Made by a program: the position numbers and the translations under genes
The notes under the pieces: generated by a model
Seen by the model: the letters and a program-made list of their open reading frames with translations, nothing else
Told to the model about the DNA's origin: nothing
The model's database searches: none
Shown: positions 56,515-59,580 of the stretch, piece after piece
Position numbering within the stretch: the stretch's first letter is position 1
Layout: the number at the start of each line of letters is the position of its first letter
DNA from: a virus
Lineage: Duplodnaviria; Caudoviricetes
IMG/VR virus record: IMGVR_UViG_3300037785_000020
Coordinates: 1 to 59,580 of that record
Reading direction: 5' to 3' (one strand)
Length of the DNA stretch: 59,580 bases

Positions 56515-57274
56515 GATAGTTGTAGGTAGTAAAGCCTTAGAGTATTTTGGTGTATCTCCCCGCCAACCTAGGGACATTGATCTTTGGCGCTCAGGTGAGG
56601 AGGAGCCCCATAAAGACTTTGGGTATGAGATACACTATTTGCCCAAGGGTATTTTGGACAATGTACCTACACAGGACGGGTGCGCTACCCCTGAGGCGGT
56701 GCTAACTATCAAATGCTCCCACGCAAACTGGGATGTCCATTGGCGTAAGACAATGTCGGATATAGCATATCTACAAGGGTTAGGTTTTAAAAAGATACCT
56801 GAGTTATACCAAAAACTATATGCTTATTGGCCTAGGGTTCATGGGGGAAAAGATTATTTATCTCTGGATAAAACTAGACAAGAGTTTTTTACTGACGCTG
56901 TTACATATCATATTGATCATGATAGATTACATGAGTTAGTGACCAACCATGATAAACCTGTGTACACCGAGGTACTAAAAGATGGACAGGAGGTGTTGGT
57001 GGACAAAGATAAGTTTGCCGCATTACCTAGACAGAAACAGCTTGACATGTTTCATGAGGAGGTGTATGTTATTGCTGCTGAGCGATGGTTGATACCTAGA
57101 GAGTTTAAGATGTCAGCTTTAGAGGCGTACTATATGGCACTTAAGAAGACTATTGTGCATCTAACTAAGAATTGGGCGCATGAGTTTATGGTAGACAATT
57201 ATAGGTATTACCGATCAACAAAGAGCTTTAATTGGTTAATTAATTTAAAAGATGAGGTTAAGCATGTACGATAA
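56498..57274 (+). CDS. Nucleotidyltransferase-like phage protein
   Basis: VVGS.AL........P.DID N-terminal motif; TIK.SH..W, FF.D.V....DHD.LH. Confidence 0.6.
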   Translation: MDTATEIVVGSKALEYFGVSPRQPRDIDLWRSGEEEPHKDFGYEIHYLPKGILDNVPTQDGCATPEAVLTIKCSHANWDVHWRKTMSDIAYLQGLGFKKIPELYQKLYAYWPRVHGGKDYLSLDKTRQEFFTDAVTYHIDHDRLHELVTNHDKPVYTEVLKDGQEVLVDKDKFAALPRQKQLDMFHEEVYVIAAERWLIPREFKMSALEAYYMALKKTIVHLTKNWAHEFMVDNYRYYRSTKSFNWLINLKDEVKHVR

Positions 57275-57596
57275 CGTGGTTAAGATTTTTATTGAGGCAG
57301 GAATGGATGAGGATGAGGGTATGTTCTACTGCCTTGCTGATGACGATTTTTGGAGCGAAACGCAAAAGAAGGTTAGGGAGCGTCTAGTAGAAGAGTTAGG
57401 TTATGAGCATATCACCCAAGAGGGTGGCGGTGAAGGGGGTACGGAGTATTGCTACACTATTATGCGGTTTGGTAACACCTATTATAAAATGGAGTACAGT
57501 TATTACAGCTTTGACGGCTATGATTTCGGTGATGCTGATGACTGGGTAGAAGTTAAACCTGTGAAGAAGGAAATCATTGTTTATGTGGCTAAGTAA
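57264..57596 (+). CDS. Hypothetical acidic phage protein
   Basis: GAGGT RBS before ATG at 57264; EGGGEGG.EYC, Y.YYS..G. Confidence 0.65.
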   Translation: MYDNVVKIFIEAGMDEDEGMFYCLADDDFWSETQKKVRERLVEELGYEHITQEGGGEGGTEYCYTIMRFGNTYYKMEYSYYSFDGYDFGDADDWVEVKPVKKEIIVYVAK

Positions 57597-58029
57597 GTTA
57601 TTAAAATTCTCACAAGCAGAGCACCAGAACCCGTTTAGCTCGGTGAACTTCCTGTTTGAAGAGGCTAGGGAAACAGATCGTGCTATGCAGGCAGCAGAAT
57701 ATGCCCCCGGCGCTATCCTTGAAGTATTGGACGGGTTTGCTGATAGTGCTTTTGTTGCATTGTCCGGCCTTCGCAAGACTTTGCGGGAGGTTAAGATACC
57801 TAGTGTACTAGACCCCAAGTCTAATTTAGGTATTCCTGAAGATAGTATTGAGGCTGCCCTGAATGAGATTATGGATGCCGTGTGCACTGCTAACTTGGCT
57901 AAAGTAGGTAAGGACGGCCAATTCCTAAAAGATAAATCAGGTAAGATCAAGAAGCCCGAAGGTTGGGTTGACCCTAAGGAGAAAATTATGGATATTGTTA
58001 AGAAATACGCTAAGGAGGCAGGAGTATGA
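57583..58029 (+). CDS. MazG-like / PRA-PH family NTP pyrophosphohydrolase
   Basis: EE..E, EVLDG.AD..FV..G, V...NLAK, GKI.KPEGW..P. Confidence 0.75.
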   Translation: MWLSKLLKFSQAEHQNPFSSVNFLFEEARETDRAMQAAEYAPGAILEVLDGFADSAFVALSGLRKTLREVKIPSVLDPKSNLGIPEDSIEAALNEIMDAVCTANLAKVGKDGQFLKDKSGKIKKPEGWVDPKEKIMDIVKKYAKEAGV

Positions 58030-58392
58030 TTAAACTGAAATATTTACCAAATCAGCAACGATGTGACGAATGTCTTAACATGGTTGAGTTTGAACTAGAC
58101 GAGGAGATATGGGATAATAATGACCTAGCGCGGGTGCTAGAGAAATTCTTTAGTCTTATTGGGCATAACTTTGAGATTACTGTTAAACAGAGCGGCGAGC
58201 TAGGCTTAGATGAAACTGACGTATGAGTTAGCCGAGGAGTTCTCTTGGAACCTCTTAGAAGAACTGTTTAAAACCTTTCCTGAGTGGAAAAAGCAATGGG
58301 ATGACTTGACAGTAGAGAAGCAATGGGATATTTATACTAAGCTTGGTAGAAAATTAGAGATTTATGTAGAGGTAGCATTAGATGAAGGTTAA
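58026..58392 (+). other. Two small hypothetical ORFs (58026-58226, 58210-58392)
   Basis: Overlapping start/stop packing. Confidence 0.55.
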
Positions 58393-59077
58393 ACTAGTAA
58401 CAGAAACCAAAGGTGTTGGTGATTTAGAAGAGAAAGACCTTGAGGGTATTATTGCCTACATTGCAAGGGTTTCAAACCCTAAGAACCAGAACAATGAAAA
58501 GATTGACGGCTTACTGAAGTTCTGCACTAAGCATAAACACTGGTCAGTCTTTGAATCCTGCTACTTGGGCTTTGAGATTGAAACTACTATGCCTATTGCA
58601 GCGCAGCTACTTCGGCACCGCTCGGCTACGTTCCAACAGTTCTCAGGTAGATATTCGGAACATGCGGAGTTTGAATTAGTCCCCGCCAGACGTCAAGACC
58701 CTAAGAACAGACAAAACTCTATTGATGACCTACCTGACACAGTTAAGGACGATTGGGAGTGTATCCAAAAACAAGTGTGGGAGAAGTCTATCAATGCCTA
58801 CAACTGGGCGCTAGAGCAAGGTATAGCCAAGGAAGTAGCTCGTATGGTGCTACCTGCCAACACTAAGACTAAGCTGTATATGACTAACAATGTTCGTAAT
58901 TGGATTTTATACTTGACAGTACGCACCGCGCACGGTACACAGAGGGAACACATAGATGTGGCTAACGAGATTCAACGTATTATCACTGAGCGATACCCGT
59001 TGCTAGGTAAGCTTATTGAGCATACTAAGAAAGTAGATCAATATGCCTATGATTATTCAATAACTGAGGAGATTTAA
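58382..59077 (+). CDS. thyX: Flavin-dependent thymidylate synthase
   Basis: ARVSNP, HWSVFE, QLLRHRS.TFQQFS.RY, KEVARMVLP, TQREH. Confidence 0.95.
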   Translation: MKVKLVTETKGVGDLEEKDLEGIIAYIARVSNPKNQNNEKIDGLLKFCTKHKHWSVFESCYLGFEIETTMPIAAQLLRHRSATFQQFSGRYSEHAEFELVPARRQDPKNRQNSIDDLPDTVKDDWECIQKQVWEKSINAYNWALEQGIAKEVARMVLPANTKTKLYMTNNVRNWILYLTVRTAHGTQREHIDVANEIQRIITERYPLLGKLIEHTKKVDQYAYDYSITEEI

Positions 59078-59079
59078 TT

Positions 59080-59397
59080 ATGACCACAAAGACAAATAAA
59101 AAACCCCCCGCAGCTAAGAAAGCTACAGAGGTTAAACCAGACTATTCCAAAGAAGAAGTGCCAGCACCTACTAAGGTAGAAGTTACCTTCACTGAGGATG
59201 GTCAAGTAGACAAGATCGAGATTTCACCTAAAGAGTTCTACAGCCTGCCACTGGCAGTTCGCGGGGAGTTATTGATGAAGGCTAGGAATATTGTTGAGAA
59301 AGAATACCTGCATATCGTCAAAGAATACGCCCAGACAGAGAGTTTAGCTCAGGCTAGACACTTGTTCGGTGCAGAGGATCAGAAGAAGGCTATGTAG
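59080..59397 (+). CDS. Hypothetical protein
   Basis: GAGGAG RBS, 105 aa. Confidence 0.65.
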   Translation: MTTKTNKKPPAAKKATEVKPDYSKEEVPAPTKVEVTFTEDGQVDKIEISPKEFYSLPLAVRGELLMKARNIVEKEYLHIVKEYAQTESLAQARHLFGAEDQKKAM

Positions 59398-59580
59398 ATA
59401 TGAACAACACTATCAAGAAATTAACTAGGCATGATTTTGAGGTATTGTACACCCCCCGCCCAACTAACGACCAGAAAAGATTGAAACTCTTAGAAAAACA
59501 AGTTGACATCTTATCTAGGAAACTGCTAGAATTAACACATCCAGAGGATGAATAACATCCCCTAGTGCCGTACAAAACTA
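59346..59580. repeat. Terminal direct repeat / circular overlap, copy 2
   Basis: Matches 1-235. Confidence 0.95.

Overview
An essentially complete ~59.3-kb podovirus-like dsDNA phage genome. The first 235 nt recur at the end of the window with 4 differences. It resembles HMO-2011-type marine phages: a family A DNA polymerase with a DnaJ-like CxxCxGxG zinc insert and no phage RNA polymerase. Unlike many of that group, no integrase is recognisable. Two arms diverge from a ~1.9-kb ORF-free control region at 28.3-30.1 kb. The minus arm carries packaging, head, tail, internal virion and lysis genes (endolysin, holin and two-part spanin, implying a Gram-negative host). The plus arm carries small early ORFs, primase, helicase, DNA polymerase, SSB, nucleases, class I RNR, a Prs-like plus NAMPT-like pair, two nucleotide pyrophosphatases and ThyX. 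Highlights: (1) a ~680-nt, ORF-free, densely base-paired sequence directly behind a perfect sigma70 promoter, a candidate large ornate non-coding RNA; (2) a stand-alone PAS sensor domain with a membrane anchor inside the virion operon; (3) NAD-centred counter-defence, namely a NARP1-like pair and an orphan Xre/MbcA/ParS antitoxin domain; (4) three inteins, one an atypical Pro-initiated class 3 intein in the terminase Walker A motif; (5) a LapG-like protease, a consensus sigma54 promoter abutting iteron-like palindromes, and several overprinted genes. All calls come from reading the sequence; no searches or folding programs were run.
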